Source: an uncultured Ignavibacteriales bacterium
GTDB lineage: Bacteria; Zixibacteria; MSB-5A5; GN15; JAAZOE01
Reading direction: 5' to 3'
DNA: 64,000 nt
NCBI GenBank assembly: GCA_964523575.1
Contig: CAZGAV010000011.1
Coordinates: 2,294 to 66,293, forward strand
Every line of letters starts with the position of its first letter. Within the stretch, counting starts at the first letter, position 1. Below the pieces are notes generated by a model. It was not told the DNA's origin. It saw only the letters and a list, made by a program, of their open reading frames with translations, and did not search any database. Below are positions 34,787-46,247 of this stretch, one piece after another. The position numbers were made by a program, and so were the translations under genes.

Positions 34787-35283
34787 TTGTCCGGTTTTCC
34801 TCCGTCGATCAGAGCCAGCGCATGATGCAAAGCCGGTTTGACGACGTCAAAATTTTCGACCGCCCCCTTGGGGCTGCCGGGAAGATTTATGATCAAAGTA
34901 CCGCCGGCGACGCCCGCCACTGCCCGCGACAGCATGGCATGCGGAGTGATTTTGAGCGAGACCTGCCGCATGGCTTCTTCCATCCCCGGAATTCGCCGGT
35001 CAATAACCTCAAGCGTCGCCTCCGGTGTCACATCCGATGGCGCCAGGCCGGTGCCGCCCGAAGTCAGAATCAGTTTGATGCCGGCGGCGATCCACCGACG
35101 CAACATTTCGGCAATCTGCACCCGATCGTCAGGAATGATTTCGATTTCATGAACCCGGTAGCCCGCCCCTTTGAGGCGATCTCCCAAAAGCGGCGCCGTT
35201 TCATCCGGCCGTTCACCGCTGAAGGCCCGATCACTGCAGATCAAAATGGCGGCGGTCGGGAGAGATTCCGGCTGTGATTCCAT
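34783..35283 (-). CDS. mog: MogA/MoaB-family molybdopterin adenylyltransferase-like protein
   Basis: 166 aa with TSGGTGLAPSDVTPEAT and INLPGSPKG motifs. There is a 4-nt overlap with moaA. Confidence 0.9.
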   Translation of the reverse strand: MESQPESLPTAAILICSDRAFSGERPDETAPLLGDRLKGAGYRVHEIEIIPDDRVQIAEMLRRWIAAGIKLILTSGGTGLAPSDVTPEATLEVIDRRIPGMEEAMRQVSLKITPHAMLSRAVAGVAGGTLIINLPGSPKGAVENFDVVKPALHHALALIDGGKPDK

Positions 35284-35500
35284 GTGCCGTAATTCCTATC
35301 TCCAAAAGACAATGGCCATATCGAATCGAGGGAATGTCAGGATAATTCCCGGCGTACAATTCAATGTGGATAATTTGTATCCGTATTAATTTAAACCCCG
35401 AGCCAAAGCCGGTTGTTCCCAATGGAGCGCATTTTTCAAGCTGCTGGAGTTGTCGTAACTATTTTATATTCAGCATGTTACAAAATTCACATGGCCGCCG

Positions 35501-35534
35501 GGCAGGGATGCGGCGGTTGGAGCGCATCCCTGCC
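35501..35534 (-). terminator. Terminator-like hairpin immediately after the RND pump gene
   Basis: A 12-bp perfect stem GGCAGGGATGCG / CGCATCCCTGCC with a 10-nt loop, starting 10 nt past the stop codon. The downstream T-run is weak and displaced. Confidence 0.45.
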
Positions 35535-35543
35535 TGACAGCAT

Positions 35544-38500
35544 TTACGCCGCCTTACCGATTTTGGACCGGTTCATAAAATAAAACAGAACCGGCACGAT
35601 GACGAGCGTCAGAATCGTGGATGTCACCAGGCCGCCGACCATCGGCGCCGCAATCCTCTTCATCACTTCAGCGCCGGTGCCATGACCAAACATGATCGGA
35701 AGCAGGGCGATGATCGTGGTGCTGACCGTCATCAGTTTCGGGCGTACCCGTTCGACGGCGCCTTCAACCACGGCCGCATGCAGATCGGCGATCGAATTCA
35801 ATCGTTTCTCGGCCTGATATCTCGCCACCGCTTCTTCCAGATAGACCAGCATAACCACTCCGGTTTCGGCCGCCAGTCCGGCCAGGGCGATAAAGCCGAC
35901 ATAGACGGCGACCGAGGTGTTATATCCAAAAATATAAAACAGCCAGATACCGCCCACTAATGCGAACGGCAGAGACAGCAGAACGATCAGGCTGTTGGCC
36001 AGATTTCTGAAATGCAGGTACAGGAGAAGAAAAATGATAATCAGCGTCAAGGGAATAATCAGTCGCAGTTTTTCGGCGGCGGCCTGCATATTTTCATATT
36101 GCCCGGCCCAGATCAGCGAGTATCCGGTCGGCAGTTTGATATCGGAGGCCACCGCCTCACGCGCCCGGGCGACATAGGTGCCGACGTCGATATTGCGGAT
36201 ATCGACGAAAACCCAGGCTGTGGTGCGGGCGTTTTCGGACTTGATCATGGCCGGCCCCTTATTGAATTCAAGGCTGGCCACCTGTCCCAGCGGCACATAA
36301 CCGCCGTCCGGCGTCGAAATCAGGACGCGGCGAATCGCTTCCGGATCATCCCGTAATTCACGCGAATAGCGAATATTAATCGGGTATCTTTCCCGCCCCT
36401 CGATGGTGGTCGCGATATTCATGCCGCCGATGGCGGTCTTGATGACATCCTGAATATCGCCGACCGTCAGGCCATAAGCGGCCGCTCGAAAACGATCGAT
36501 ATTAACGTCGAGGTAATTGCCGCCGGTGACCCGTTCGGCGTAAACCGACCGCGTTCCCGGCAAAGTCTTTACCGCGGTTTCGATGCGCTGGGCGATGGCG
36601 TTGAGACTGTCAAGGTTCGGCCCCATCACTTTGATGCCGACCGGCGTTTTGATGCCTGTCGCCAGCATATCGATGCGGGTTTTGATCGGCATCGTCCAGG
36701 CGTTGGTCAGACCGGGAAATTGAATCGAAGCGTCCAGGGAATCGATCAGCATCTCCGGCGTCAAACCCCGCCGCCATTCCTTTTCCGGCTTGAGCATAAT
36801 CGTCGTTTCGAGCATGGTCAAAGGCGCCGGATCGGTGGCCGTCTCGGCCCGGCCGACCTTCCCGAAAACTCTTTTTACTTCCGGGAAAGATGCGATGATA
36901 CGGTCGGTTTGCTGTAATAGCTCCCGCGCTTTGTCAATCGAGATCCCCGGCAGGGTGGTCGGCATATAAAGCAAATCGCCCTCATAAAGAGGCGGCATGA
37001 ATTCCGAGCCGATGCGGCTGATGGGGAAATAGGTAATCGCCATCAGGATCACCACCAGCGACAATACCAGCACTTTGTGCCTGAGGGCAAAATTGATCAC
37101 CGGCCGATAGAGCCAGATGCTGATGCGCGAGAGCGGATTTTTGCTTTCGGGACGAATTTTGCCTTTGATGAACAGGGCCGTCAGGACGGGGATGATGGTC
37201 ACCGAAAGCAGAGCCGAAGCCGCCATGGCGAACGATTTGGTATAGGCCAGCGGTTTGAACAATCGCCCCGACTGGCCGCCCAGAACCAGCACCGGCAAAA
37301 AGGAAATCGTGATAATCAAAAGCGAGAAAAACAGGGCCGGGCCGACCTCTTTGGCCGAATCGATGATGATCTGACTATGCGGTTTTTTGCCGGCGTCGCG
37401 TTCCAGATGCTTATGAGCGTTCTCGACCATGACCACCGAGGCGTCAACCATCACCCCGATGGCGATAGCAATACCTCCCAGCGACATGATATTGGCGTTG
37501 ATCTTAAACAGGTACATGACCAAAATCGAAATCAAAACCCCGGCGGGCAAGGTCACCATTGCCACCAGCGTCGATCGGATATGAAACAGAAATACCAGGG
37601 TGATAAGCATCACCACGATCATTTCCTTAATGAGGGTATCGCGCAGGTTATTGGTAGCCCGGTCGATCAGGCCGGAACGGTCATAAACCGGGACTATCTC
37701 GACTCCCTCAGGCAAACCGCCTTTCAATTCAGCCAGCTTGGTTTTGACCCGTTCGATCACCTTGCGAGCGTTATCACCCCAGCGGACGATAACGATGCCG
37801 CCCACGGTTTCACCGCGGCCGTCGAGATCGGCCAGTCCGCGCCTGATTTCGGGGCCGTACTGGACATTGGCAACGGCCGACAGCAAAATCGGCGGACCAC
37901 CCTTGGGCATGTGGATCGGAATATTCCTTAAATCATCCAAATCACCCACATAGGCCTGATTACGAACCATGAATTCGCTTTCGCCCAGTTCGATAAGCTT
38001 GCCGCCGGCGGCCCCCGTCGATTTTTTGACGGCCATGATGACATGGTTCAGAGGGATGTCGTAAAATTCCATCTTGCGGGGATCGACTTCTATCTGAAAC
38101 TGCCGCACGAAACCACCGACCGAGGCCACCTCGGAAACACCCGGTACCGACGACAGTTCATATTTGAGGAACCAATCCTGCAAGGAACGCAGTTCGACCA
38201 GGTCATGCTTATTGGTGGTATCGACCAGGGCGTATTGATAGACCCATCCGACGCCGGTGGCATCGGGGCCGAGCTGGGGCGTCACTCCCTCCGGTAAGCG
38301 GCCGCTCATCTGCGACAGGTATTCCAGCACCCGGCTTCGCGCCCAGTATATATCGGTGCCGTCATTGAAAATGATATAGACGAACGACAGCCCGAAATAG
38401 GAATATCCACGAACGTTTTTGGCGCCGGGGACAGCCAGCATGGCCGTCGTCAAGGGGTAGGTGACCTGATCTTCCACCACTTGAGGCGGTTGTCCGCTGT

Positions 38501-38657
38501 AACTCGTCTGGATAATGACCTGAACGTCGGACAGGTCGGGGATGGCGTCGACCGGAATATGATCGGCGGCATAGATGCCGGCAATCACCAGGATAGCAGT
38601 AATTCCCAGCACCAGCCATTTATTACGGATCGAATACTCGATCAATTTATTGATCAT
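35544..38657 (-). CDS. CusA/CzcA-family heavy-metal efflux RND transporter
   Basis: 1037 aa with 12-TM RND architecture. The N-terminus [16 protein letters not shown] and [16 protein letters not shown] are typical of the HME-RND family. Confidence 0.95.
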   Translation of the reverse strand: MINKLIEYSIRNKWLVLGITAILVIAGIYAADHIPVDAIPDLSDVQVIIQTSYSGQPPQVVEDQVTYPLTTAMLAVPGAKNVRGYSYFGLSFVYIIFNDGTDIYWARSRVLEYLSQMSGRLPEGVTPQLGPDATGVGWVYQYALVDTTNKHDLVELRSLQDWFLKYELSSVPGVSEVASVGGFVRQFQIEVDPRKMEFYDIPLNHVIMAVKKSTGAAGGKLIELGESEFMVRNQAYVGDLDDLRNIPIHMPKGGPPILLSAVANVQYGPEIRRGLADLDGRGETVGGIVIVRWGDNARKVIERVKTKLAELKGGLPEGVEIVPVYDRSGLIDRATNNLRDTLIKEMIVVMLITLVFLFHIRSTLVAMVTLPAGVLISILVMYLFKINANIMSLGGIAIAIGVMVDASVVMVENAHKHLERDAGKKPHSQIIIDSAKEVGPALFFSLLIITISFLPVLVLGGQSGRLFKPLAYTKSFAMAASALLSVTIIPVLTALFIKGKIRPESKNPLSRISIWLYRPVINFALRHKVLVLSLVVILMAITYFPISRIGSEFMPPLYEGDLLYMPTTLPGISIDKARELLQQTDRIIASFPEVKRVFGKVGRAETATDPAPLTMLETTIMLKPEKEWRRGLTPEMLIDSLDASIQFPGLTNAWTMPIKTRIDMLATGIKTPVGIKVMGPNLDSLNAIAQRIETAVKTLPGTRSVYAERVTGGNYLDVNIDRFRAAAYGLTVGDIQDVIKTAIGGMNIATTIEGRERYPINIRYSRELRDDPEAIRRVLISTPDGGYVPLGQVASLEFNKGPAMIKSENARTTAWVFVDIRNIDVGTYVARAREAVASDIKLPTGYSLIWAGQYENMQAAAEKLRLIIPLTLIIIFLLLYLHFRNLANSLIVLLSLPFALVGGIWLFYIFGYNTSVAVYVGFIALAGLAAETGVVMLVYLEEAVARYQAEKRLNSIADLHAAVVEGAVERVRPKLMTVSTTIIALLPIMFGHGTGAEVMKRIAAPMVGGLVTSTILTLVIVPVLFYFMNRSKIGKAA

Positions 38658-40266
38658 GACCGGCTCCCGGCTGGAATTTGACCAGTTTCATCCCGCAAAC
38701 CGGGCAATTCCCCGGCTTGTCCTGCACCACGCTGTCTTCCGGCATGGGGCAAACATAAACTTCGGTATTATGAGTCTGCTCGATCGGCACCAACGCCATG
38801 CCGCACTCCGGGCATTTCCCGGGGCCATACTGAAGCACATGATAATGTTCCGGCATCGGACAGGTATATATGCCCGATAACGAATCTGAGGCGGTCGTAT
38901 CCATCGACATCGGTTTATCGACTTCGGCGGCATGGTCAGAGATTTGAGTTATCGGTTTATGGACTTCGGCTTCATGAACGGAGGTCTCAGGCATCGTATC
39001 CATTGATTTCTGGCTATCGGACTTCGAGGCCATATCGCCATGCTGATGCATCCCGCCCATGCCCAGCGCTTCACTCAGCCGCGTCTCGCTGTCGAGCATA
39101 AACTGACCCGACACGACCACCCGATCCCTGGTATTCAAACCGGAGACCACCTCAACCATATCATCGTCGCCGACGGCGCCGGTAGTCACCTCCCGCGGTG
39201 AATAGGAGCCATCGCCTAAAGCGAGATAAACAACCTGCCTTTTTCCGGAATTGATGACCGCCGAGCGCGGGATAACCACTCTTTCACCCGGCAATTGCGA
39301 CCGGAGGCTGACCTCGGCGTACATATCCGGCCGAAGCGAGCCGTCGCGGTTATCGAGGTCAAGGCGGATTTCGACCTGGCGGTTGGCGTTGAGATAGGGG
39401 GAAATATATATGATTTTCCCTTCGAACGTCTGACCCGGAAGGTTGGGAAAGACCACCTGAGCCGTCTGGCCGATTTTGACGAAAGGAATATCCTGCTCGT
39501 AAATATAGGCCTTGACCCAGACGGTTGACAGATCGGCGATCCGATAAATCTCGGCCCCGGCTTTCAGGCGGTCGCCCTCATTTACTTTCTTGGCCGTGAC
39601 CACGCCATTGCCCGGTGAAATAATCTTTATCGACCGGGTGATTTCGCCGGTGGTGACCAGGTGATTGATCTGGTCCTCGGAAAGATCCCAGTTCTGCAGG
39701 CGCGTCTCGGCCGCATTCCTCAATCGAGTCAGCCCGGCGTTCGATTCGGCACCTTTTAAGGATCGATTGACGGTCAAAAATTCCTGCTGGGCGTTGGTCA
39801 GGTCGGGGGAGTAAACCTCCGCCAAAGGTTGTCCTTTGCGCACCGTTTCTCCTTCGTAGGTGACATACAATTTTTCGGCCCAGCCGTCGGTGCGAAGGTT
39901 GACGGCATAGATATTGGCCTCATCATAAGTCACATCGCCGAAAGCCCGCACCATCCGGGTTATTCTTTGCGTGGCGACCGGTGTCGTCACCAGCCCCATA
40001 TTCTGGGTTGTGGCCGGATCGATGGTGATGGCTCCAAGGGAAGCGCCGCCGTCCTTTTTAGGGGTCAACTTCATGCCGCATATGGGACAATAACCCGGCT
40101 CATCCGAAATTATTTCCGGATGCATGCCGCAGGTATAAAGTTGTTTGTGCGGAGGCGCCGGCGCCGGGTCGGAAGCTGTAACCGCCGGCGATGACGGCGC
40201 GACGATCATATAAGCGATCCCGAACCCGGCGGCGATGCATATTATGGCAATCAGTAGAGTCTTCAT
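38647..40266 (-). CDS. RND periplasmic adaptor (CusB-like) with three heavy-metal-binding zinc-ribbon modules
   Basis: The adaptor core contains barrel-sandwich and beta-barrel segments. [24 protein letters not shown] lies at the N-terminus. [26 protein letters not shown] and [25 protein letters not shown] lie at the C-terminus. Confidence 0.9.
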   Translation of the reverse strand: MKTLLIAIICIAAGFGIAYMIVAPSSPAVTASDPAPAPPHKQLYTCGMHPEIISDEPGYCPICGMKLTPKKDGGASLGAITIDPATTQNMGLVTTPVATQRITRMVRAFGDVTYDEANIYAVNLRTDGWAEKLYVTYEGETVRKGQPLAEVYSPDLTNAQQEFLTVNRSLKGAESNAGLTRLRNAAETRLQNWDLSEDQINHLVTTGEITRSIKIISPGNGVVTAKKVNEGDRLKAGAEIYRIADLSTVWVKAYIYEQDIPFVKIGQTAQVVFPNLPGQTFEGKIIYISPYLNANRQVEIRLDLDNRDGSLRPDMYAEVSLRSQLPGERVVIPRSAVINSGKRQVVYLALGDGSYSPREVTTGAVGDDDMVEVVSGLNTRDRVVVSGQFMLDSETRLSEALGMGGMHQHGDMASKSDSQKSMDTMPETSVHEAEVHKPITQISDHAAEVDKPMSMDTTASDSLSGIYTCPMPEHYHVLQYGPGKCPECGMALVPIEQTHNTEVYVCPMPEDSVVQDKPGNCPVCGMKLVKFQPGAGHDQ

Positions 40267-40271
40267 TTTTC

Positions 40272-41537
40272 TTACCTCCCGTCCCGATAACCGAGACCGA
40301 TTAATTCGCGGTATCGGGCCGTATTCTGATGATAGCTTTTCAGCAGGGTGAGCCTTTCCAGATCGATATTCAGCAAATCCATCTGGACCGACAACAGGTC
40401 GTTGAAATCGCCTTTGCCCGTTTCATAGGCGGTTTGAGCCACCTCAAGGGCGGCGCGGGCCTGCGGTAAAATATCGTTGTGATAATTATCCAGTTGTTTG
40501 GCGGCCGCATTCAGAGCCAGTCTGACATCAAAGATCTGCTTTTCGATTTTGAGATCGACCGCCTGCCGGTCGGCCCGGGCCGAGGCCAGGTTCTGCTGAG
40601 CCGCCCGGGTTTGATTTTTCTGGTTCTTGAAAAACCACAACGGCAGCTTCAGGCCGAGCTTGAAGGACAAGTAATCCTCGCCGTGCACGGCGTCCATTGG
40701 CTGATCCTTGCGGAAACTGTAATCGACGCCGACCATGAGATCGGGCCAATAATCTTTTTTGGCCAATGATAATTTCTCGCCGAACATATCGGTTTTCACG
40801 CCGGCGCGAAGTAAATCAGGATTTTGACTCACCGCCGATCCGGTATTGGAAATGTCGATGGCGGCAATATTTTCGGGCAAGGCCGGGGTCAATTCATAAT
40901 CGGCGCGCGGCGTTTCGCCGGTCAGGGTCGTCAGGAGGGCCAGAGCCGAACGCTGCATCCGGTCTATATCCAATTTGCGGTTTTGCATCCGGGACTGGGC
41001 CGTCTGGGCGCGCAGGACGTCGGTGGCCGACCTCATACCGTTGGAATAACCGGTTTCGGCGATATCGATGATGGAACCGATCAAGGCGATATTCTCATCG
41101 AGGATACTGTCGGCCAGACACCAGTATGAATATTCGTAATAGCCGTCGGTCACCATTCGCACGATATTATTCCGCCGGGCCGTGACATCGAGGGAATCCA
41201 TTGCAGACTGAAAATGAGCTATTTTGCCGCGCGAACCCAGTTTGGAAGGCCAGGGGATAGCCTGTGAAAACCCAACCACCACCGCCGACATCGGCGTTTC
41301 ATCAAGAGCCAGCGATTTCCACGGAAGGTTCATGGTCGCCAGCGATAACTGCGGATCGGGCAAAACCCCGGCGGCCTCGGCTCGATAATCTGCCGACGCC
41401 TTCTGAAATTCGGCCGCCTGAATATCGGGATTATTTTTCAGCGCCGTCTGGATCAGCGAATCAAGAACTTCTCCGGCATTGGCCGCGGCCGTCAATGACA
41501 GGCAAACTGCCAGAAGAAGCATGCCTCTTCGAAACAT
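40272..41537 (-). CDS. TolC-family outer-membrane efflux protein
   Basis: 421 aa with a signal peptide and two OEP-type helical repeats. It is the first pump gene of the C-B-A order. Confidence 0.9.
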   Translation of the reverse strand: MFRRGMLLLAVCLSLTAAANAGEVLDSLIQTALKNNPDIQAAEFQKASADYRAEAAGVLPDPQLSLATMNLPWKSLALDETPMSAVVVGFSQAIPWPSKLGSRGKIAHFQSAMDSLDVTARRNNIVRMVTDGYYEYSYWCLADSILDENIALIGSIIDIAETGYSNGMRSATDVLRAQTAQSRMQNRKLDIDRMQRSALALLTTLTGETPRADYELTPALPENIAAIDISNTGSAVSQNPDLLRAGVKTDMFGEKLSLAKKDYWPDLMVGVDYSFRKDQPMDAVHGEDYLSFKLGLKLPLWFFKNQKNQTRAAQQNLASARADRQAVDLKIEKQIFDVRLALNAAAKQLDNYHNDILPQARAALEVAQTAYETGKGDFNDLLSVQMDLLNIDLERLTLLKSYHQNTARYRELIGLGYRDGR

Positions 41538-41608
41538 GGGAATACTCCCTGTTTAAAATGATTAAAAGACAGACTTATCTGTAATCGGGAATTAAATAGG
41601 GCTGGAAA

Positions 41609-42034
41609 TCAGATGATGAGAGAAGACAGAGAGATAAAAATGGGTGGGCTATTGACGGCGGGAACCGTTTCCGGCGTCCGGGTCAAAATCGTTACCTTCG
41701 GCACTAAATCCTGAGACACGGTTTCACCCGGTTCGACCCATGTTTGATGGCCGTTGCTGTTGGGAATTTGTATATCCAGCGGCGCTTCGGCCGGTATTTC
41801 GCCCCGGTTAAAATCGCAGTGGCAACCGTCAGGACTGCCGGTCAACTGACATTGACTCCCGGCGGCTGATTCGCCCTTGCAACAGCAATGACTGGAGCAA
41901 TGACAAGTGGACCCGGACACGAGCCGCACTGATTGATGGGCCTGTAGATAGGGGGCAAAAAGCAGTGCCATAAAGGCCATGGCCACGGTGGTCAATCGGC
42001 CGACCCGAAGCGATATATTAACCAAGCGTTTCAT
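41609..42034 (-). CDS. Small secreted Cys/His-rich protein preceding the efflux operon
   Basis: Signal/anchor segment, then STCHCSSHCCCKGESAAGSQCQLTGSPDGCHCDFN (10 Cys and 3 His in 35 aa). Same strand, 71 nt upstream of the TolC-like gene. Confidence 0.6.
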   Translation of the reverse strand: MKRLVNISLRVGRLTTVAMAFMALLFAPYLQAHQSVRLVSGSTCHCSSHCCCKGESAAGSQCQLTGSPDGCHCDFNRGEIPAEAPLDIQIPNSNGHQTWVEPGETVSQDLVPKVTILTRTPETVPAVNSPPIFISLSSLII

Positions 42035-42140
42035 GATAGTTACTCAATTGAACAAACCGGGGCAAAAATAGTTCCCTTTTCTTCCAGATCGGTTCCCGGC
42101 TTCATTTTGTTTAATATCGGAACTCATTAAAATAGATAAA

Positions 42141-42557
42141 TCAAAGGGCACCCAGAATCTCGGCCGCTTTGTCATAATTTTCCGGCTTAACCCACAGGAT
42201 ATAGCCGAATCGCCCGCCCCCGTCGATAACGCCATTGGCGGCATAAGCATTGATTCCGGCATTGGCCAATTTCAGGTGGTGCTCATGAAGGGCCCCGATC
42301 CGGTCCCGCCCCTGAATCATGAAAGCCCGCTTGGGCCCGACCAATTTGATTCCGGCATCGGCCGCCGCCTTTTGCAATTGCTCCGGATTTTCGGGGAAAA
42401 AATCGAGTTGAGCCTTGTTCTCGCCGATCGGGAAAGCGGTAAAGGCCACCAGATTAACCCCGTGTTCGCTGAGATGTTCGAACAACCGGCGTCCCTCACC
42501 CGGCTGGTCGCTCACTTCGGCATAAAAATATCCCACTCTATGCACTGTTTCTGCCAT
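42141..42557 (-). CDS. Tandem ACT-domain protein
   Basis: Two ~65-aa beta-alpha-beta-beta-alpha-beta units (YFYAEVSDQPGEGRRLFEHLSEHGVNL.. and FMIQGRDRIGALHEHHLKLANAGINA..). Confidence 0.7.
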   Translation of the reverse strand: MAETVHRVGYFYAEVSDQPGEGRRLFEHLSEHGVNLVAFTAFPIGENKAQLDFFPENPEQLQKAAADAGIKLVGPKRAFMIQGRDRIGALHEHHLKLANAGINAYAANGVIDGGGRFGYILWVKPENYDKAAEILGAL

Positions 42558-42767
42558 ACCGGCGCCTCCCTTTAAAGGAACTATCTTCTCTTTGATATCT
42601 TCAAAAGCTCAATTCAGATGGCTGTGAATGTCTATAAGTATCTACGGCGCTTAACGGAATTCCATGAAGGCAAATCGTATTGTTTATTCAGAATGCGAAG
42701 GGAAGGGAACGGCCAAGGATATGGAGCCATCAGCCCGGATAGGAATACCGCGCTGTCGCATTCTGGA

Positions 42768-43136
42768 CTACGACGCGTATTTGTCGAACTTGGTCCAGTA
42801 GGCCTTGGATAATTGATAAGGCACGAAAGTTCCGGGCTGGTCGGCGTTTTCGACTCCCTCAGCCGGGACAATGATCCCCAGATCAGCGGCATAATCGAAG
42901 ATCTGGGTGATATCCGGTCTCGGCCCCAAGGGCACAGTCGGTTCCGGTCCCTCGCCGAATTCCCATTTCCCGTCCTTTTTGCCCAGCGCGCCTATATGCA
43001 CTTTGCATAAAGTGTGCAAATATTGTTGCACCGAATACTGATGATGGGCATAGAAGTCGATTTCAGGTTTGGGCATCGGGATCAGATTGTCCAAAACGAT
43101 TTCGTACTTGAAATATTTAAATGTTGCGTCGACCAT
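42768..43136 (-). CDS. Hypothetical protein
   Basis: 122-aa ORF with an ATG start. No recognisable motif. Coding status rests on ORF length and the absence of competing ORFs. Confidence 0.5.
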   Translation of the reverse strand: MVDATFKYFKYEIVLDNLIPMPKPEIDFYAHHQYSVQQYLHTLCKVHIGALGKKDGKWEFGEGPEPTVPLGPRPDITQIFDYAADLGIIVPAEGVENADQPGTFVPYQLSKAYWTKFDKYAS

Positions 43137-43276
43137 ATATTCAAAATCGGCAAAAACTGTTCAAATTTCAATAAAAAATCACAGGATTTCAAGATAGTTT
43201 CCGGCCTCACGCCGAGACGGTCGACCTGAAAACCGGCCCTGCGGCGGAATAATAGTTGTTGCCGATATAAAATGCC

Positions 43277-44614
43277 ATGATTAATTTTTATGAAAATGCC
43301 GATTTTATATTAAAAATTATCGACTTTGGAGCAACCGTGGAACCGCAGGGGATAGTATCGGGATTCAAAGAGGCCTTACAGGGCTTCGAAATCCCCCTTC
43401 AAATTCGTTTTTTCGTCGCTCTGGCGATTGCGTTCCTGATCGGCCTCGAACGTGAAAGCGCCAGCGTTCGCAAACCGCGCGTTTTCGCCGGCGTGCGAAC
43501 CTATACCCTGATCGGCGCCTATGGTTTCGGATGCGCCTGGTTGTTCCATCTGCAGGTCGAGTGGGCCTTGCCGATCGGCATGGTTTCCATCGCCGCCCTC
43601 GTGGTCGTCGCCTATCTGGCCAAATTGCGCGAGGATCATATCGGCTGGACCAGCGAAGTGGCCGCTCTGCTGACCTTTATCATCGGCGCCCTGTGTCTGC
43701 TGGCCGATCTATGGGTCCCGATGGCTCTCGGTATTGTCGGCACTTTCCTGTTATCCGAAAAATCGAAATTCGAGTTATTCGTCGAAAACCTCGATAAAGC
43801 CGAATTTTTGGCCGTCGTCAAATTCCTGCTGGTGACCCTTATTATTCTGCCGGTTTTGCCCAATCATGAATATACGACGTTCCATCTCAATCCCCGCCAT
43901 ATCTGGCAAATCGTGGTATTGGTTTCGGCCATCGGGTTTGTCGGGTATTTCCTGTCCAAAAAATTCGGCGACCGGATCGGATTATGGCTCTCGGGTCTTT
44001 TGGGCGGCATCGTTTCCAGCACCGCTGTCAGTCTTGTGATGGGTCGTATCGCGCGGCAAAATCCAAACAAAAGCGCCCACGCCCTGCAGGCTTCTATAAT
44101 CGCCGGCAGTGTCATGTACGTGCGAATCCTGATCCTGATTCTGATCATCAAACCCGAATTCATAATTCATATCTGGTGGAAGCTGGTTTACCTGGCCGTG
44201 GTCGGCCTGGTTTTATCAATTCGATTCAATAAAGGCAACGGCGTCACCGAACGGCCCAGCGTTCAGCCGCTTACTAACCCCTTTGAGATAAAACCAGCCC
44301 TGGTCTTCGCCAGCCTTTTCGTCGTGCTTTCGATTGTCACCTCGCTGACACAGGAATATTATGGGCGGGCCGGAGTTATCGTTCTGGCCGGTGTCACCGG
44401 CGTCACCGACATCGATCCTTTTATTCTCTCGATCGTCAATCAGGCGCCCGGATTCGAGACCTTCCTTTTTTCCGCGATTGTGGTATCGATGATGAGCAAC
44501 ACCATTATCAAGGGCCTTTATTTCGGTTTCCTGGCCAAAGAAGCCCGGACGGCAACCGCCTGGCGTTACGCCCTCTGGGCCGTTCTGCACCTGCCGGTTA
44601 TTTTCATCCGCTAA
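43277..44614 (+). CDS. MgtC/SapB-family membrane protein with DUF4010-like C-terminal half
   Basis: MgtC signature ALAIAFLIGLERE near the N-terminus. About 10 TM segments over 445 aa. Confidence 0.85.
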   Translation: MINFYENADFILKIIDFGATVEPQGIVSGFKEALQGFEIPLQIRFFVALAIAFLIGLERESASVRKPRVFAGVRTYTLIGAYGFGCAWLFHLQVEWALPIGMVSIAALVVVAYLAKLREDHIGWTSEVAALLTFIIGALCLLADLWVPMALGIVGTFLLSEKSKFELFVENLDKAEFLAVVKFLLVTLIILPVLPNHEYTTFHLNPRHIWQIVVLVSAIGFVGYFLSKKFGDRIGLWLSGLLGGIVSSTAVSLVMGRIARQNPNKSAHALQASIIAGSVMYVRILILILIIKPEFIIHIWWKLVYLAVVGLVLSIRFNKGNGVTERPSVQPLTNPFEIKPALVFASLFVVLSIVTSLTQEYYGRAGVIVLAGVTGVTDIDPFILSIVNQAPGFETFLFSAIVVSMMSNTIIKGLYFGFLAKEARTATAWRYALWAVLHLPVIFIR

Positions 44615-44691
44615 AACTGAATCATGAATCGCGCTGCTCAGTTATCCGCCCTGGATCGGGTTGGAGCGTGCCCGGGAAAGACTAATAAATC

Positions 44692-44725
44692 GGGCCGGGC
44701 TTGTGTTTTACCACCAGCCCGGCCC
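44692..44725. terminator. Hairpin between convergent genes
   Basis: A 10-bp stem GGGCCGGGCT / AGCCCGGCCC with a 14-nt loop. The flanks are only moderately T/A-rich. Confidence 0.4.
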
Positions 44726-44765
44726 ATCTATGCATAGCAACCGCCTGATTGCCGAATTCAGAGTA

Positions 44766-46247
44766 TCACTTTGTCAACAATTCCTCGATCCGCCCGGAGA
44801 CCGTGATTGCGGCATTGTCATAATTTGACATCACCGCCACGGTGTATCCGGAATTGAGGTACATGGCCAGGTCGCTGTTGATTCCCGGCGCTCCGCCGCC
44901 ATGCCCGATAATCCTCTGGCCGTTGACGGTCTTGTCCTGGATCAAATAGGCATATTCCAATCCGGGACGGCGCTCGGTTTTGCCGGTCGTCATCAGGTCG
45001 AATGATTCCCGGCTCATCAGCTTGTTTTGACGCAGGGCGATATCGAATTGCAGGAGATCCTCGACCGTGGAATACCCCCCGCCCGCCGGCCCGCCCTTGA
45101 TCGCATGAAGGAAAAGATTGTTGCGCAGGCCGCCTTCGGGATCGAACATTCCGTTGTAACCGACCCGGGTGTAGCCGATGGCCAGATTCGGCACCGGGCG
45201 ATCGACTTCATAGCAATCGGTGTTGATCATCCCCGCCGGTATGTAAATATGGTCGCGAACATAATCATAATAGCTCTGGCCGGTAATCTTTTCGATTATC
45301 ATCCCCAGAACAATCGGCCCGGAATTGCTGTAATGAAAATCGGTGCCCGGTTCAAATAATAGCGAATCATCGAAAATCAAATCAGCCATCTGGGCCACGG
45401 TCTTGATTTCCCACCATTTAGCGTTGAATAACTCCTCCCAGTAATCCTGCATGCCGGAAGTGTGGGTCAACAATTGATGGATGGTCACTTTGTCGGCGAT
45501 TTCCTTATTCGGTATATCGGGGAGGTATTTCCCGACCTTGTCATCCAGCGACAATTTGCCTTGCTCCATCAACTGCATAATAGCCACGCCGGTAAACATC
45601 TTGTTCATCGAACCCAGGTTAAATTTGGTATCCAGATAATTGGGGACTTGATACCGCTTGCAGGCTTCGCCGTAAACCCGGGTATAAAAGGGCACGCCGT
45701 CTTTGGCAATCAGGACCGTTCCGGAAAATTTATCTCGGGCCACGAGGTCTTCGAGGTATTTATCCATATAGGCAACGATTTCATCATCGGTCAACTTCCC
45801 TTCGGGGATATCATCGGCCGGCGCGCTGGCCGGACGGATACCGATTCGGGCCAGCCGGTAGGGCGGAAGCGAATCGATGTCCATGACGGCCGTCACCCAT
45901 TCGAACTGTCCCTGCGAATTGCGCGCCTGAAGGAGGGCCGATATCTGATAATCGGAGGCGTTGACGATTTGACGCAGATCGGCGCCGGCCATATCGCTGT
46001 AAATCATCTTGAACAACCCCAGCCGCCGGGTTGCGGCCTCGGGGTCATCCGACGGCGCCCAGTTATTATCGATAAATAACTGCCACTGGGCTTCATCGCC
46101 GGAATTGAAAGCTTCCAGAAACAGGTTCAGTATTTTCCCGACCGGGGTTTCGGGTGTCGACGGCGTATTTTGTTGCGCGCTCGCCATAGCCGCCGACAGG
46201 CAGAAACAAAGCCCTATCAAAATCACCTGAAAACGTCGTGACAGCAT
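44766..46247 (-). CDS. Secreted serine hydrolase of the beta-lactamase/PBP (class C-like) family
   Basis: Signal peptide, S-x-x-K motif SMNKMF and Y-x-N motif YSN. There is an extra ~150-aa N-terminal domain. Confidence 0.9.
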   Translation of the reverse strand: MLSRRFQVILIGLCFCLSAAMASAQQNTPSTPETPVGKILNLFLEAFNSGDEAQWQLFIDNNWAPSDDPEAATRRLGLFKMIYSDMAGADLRQIVNASDYQISALLQARNSQGQFEWVTAVMDIDSLPPYRLARIGIRPASAPADDIPEGKLTDDEIVAYMDKYLEDLVARDKFSGTVLIAKDGVPFYTRVYGEACKRYQVPNYLDTKFNLGSMNKMFTGVAIMQLMEQGKLSLDDKVGKYLPDIPNKEIADKVTIHQLLTHTSGMQDYWEELFNAKWWEIKTVAQMADLIFDDSLLFEPGTDFHYSNSGPIVLGMIIEKITGQSYYDYVRDHIYIPAGMINTDCYEVDRPVPNLAIGYTRVGYNGMFDPEGGLRNNLFLHAIKGGPAGGGYSTVEDLLQFDIALRQNKLMSRESFDLMTTGKTERRPGLEYAYLIQDKTVNGQRIIGHGGGAPGINSDLAMYLNSGYTVAVMSNYDNAAITVSGRIEELLTK

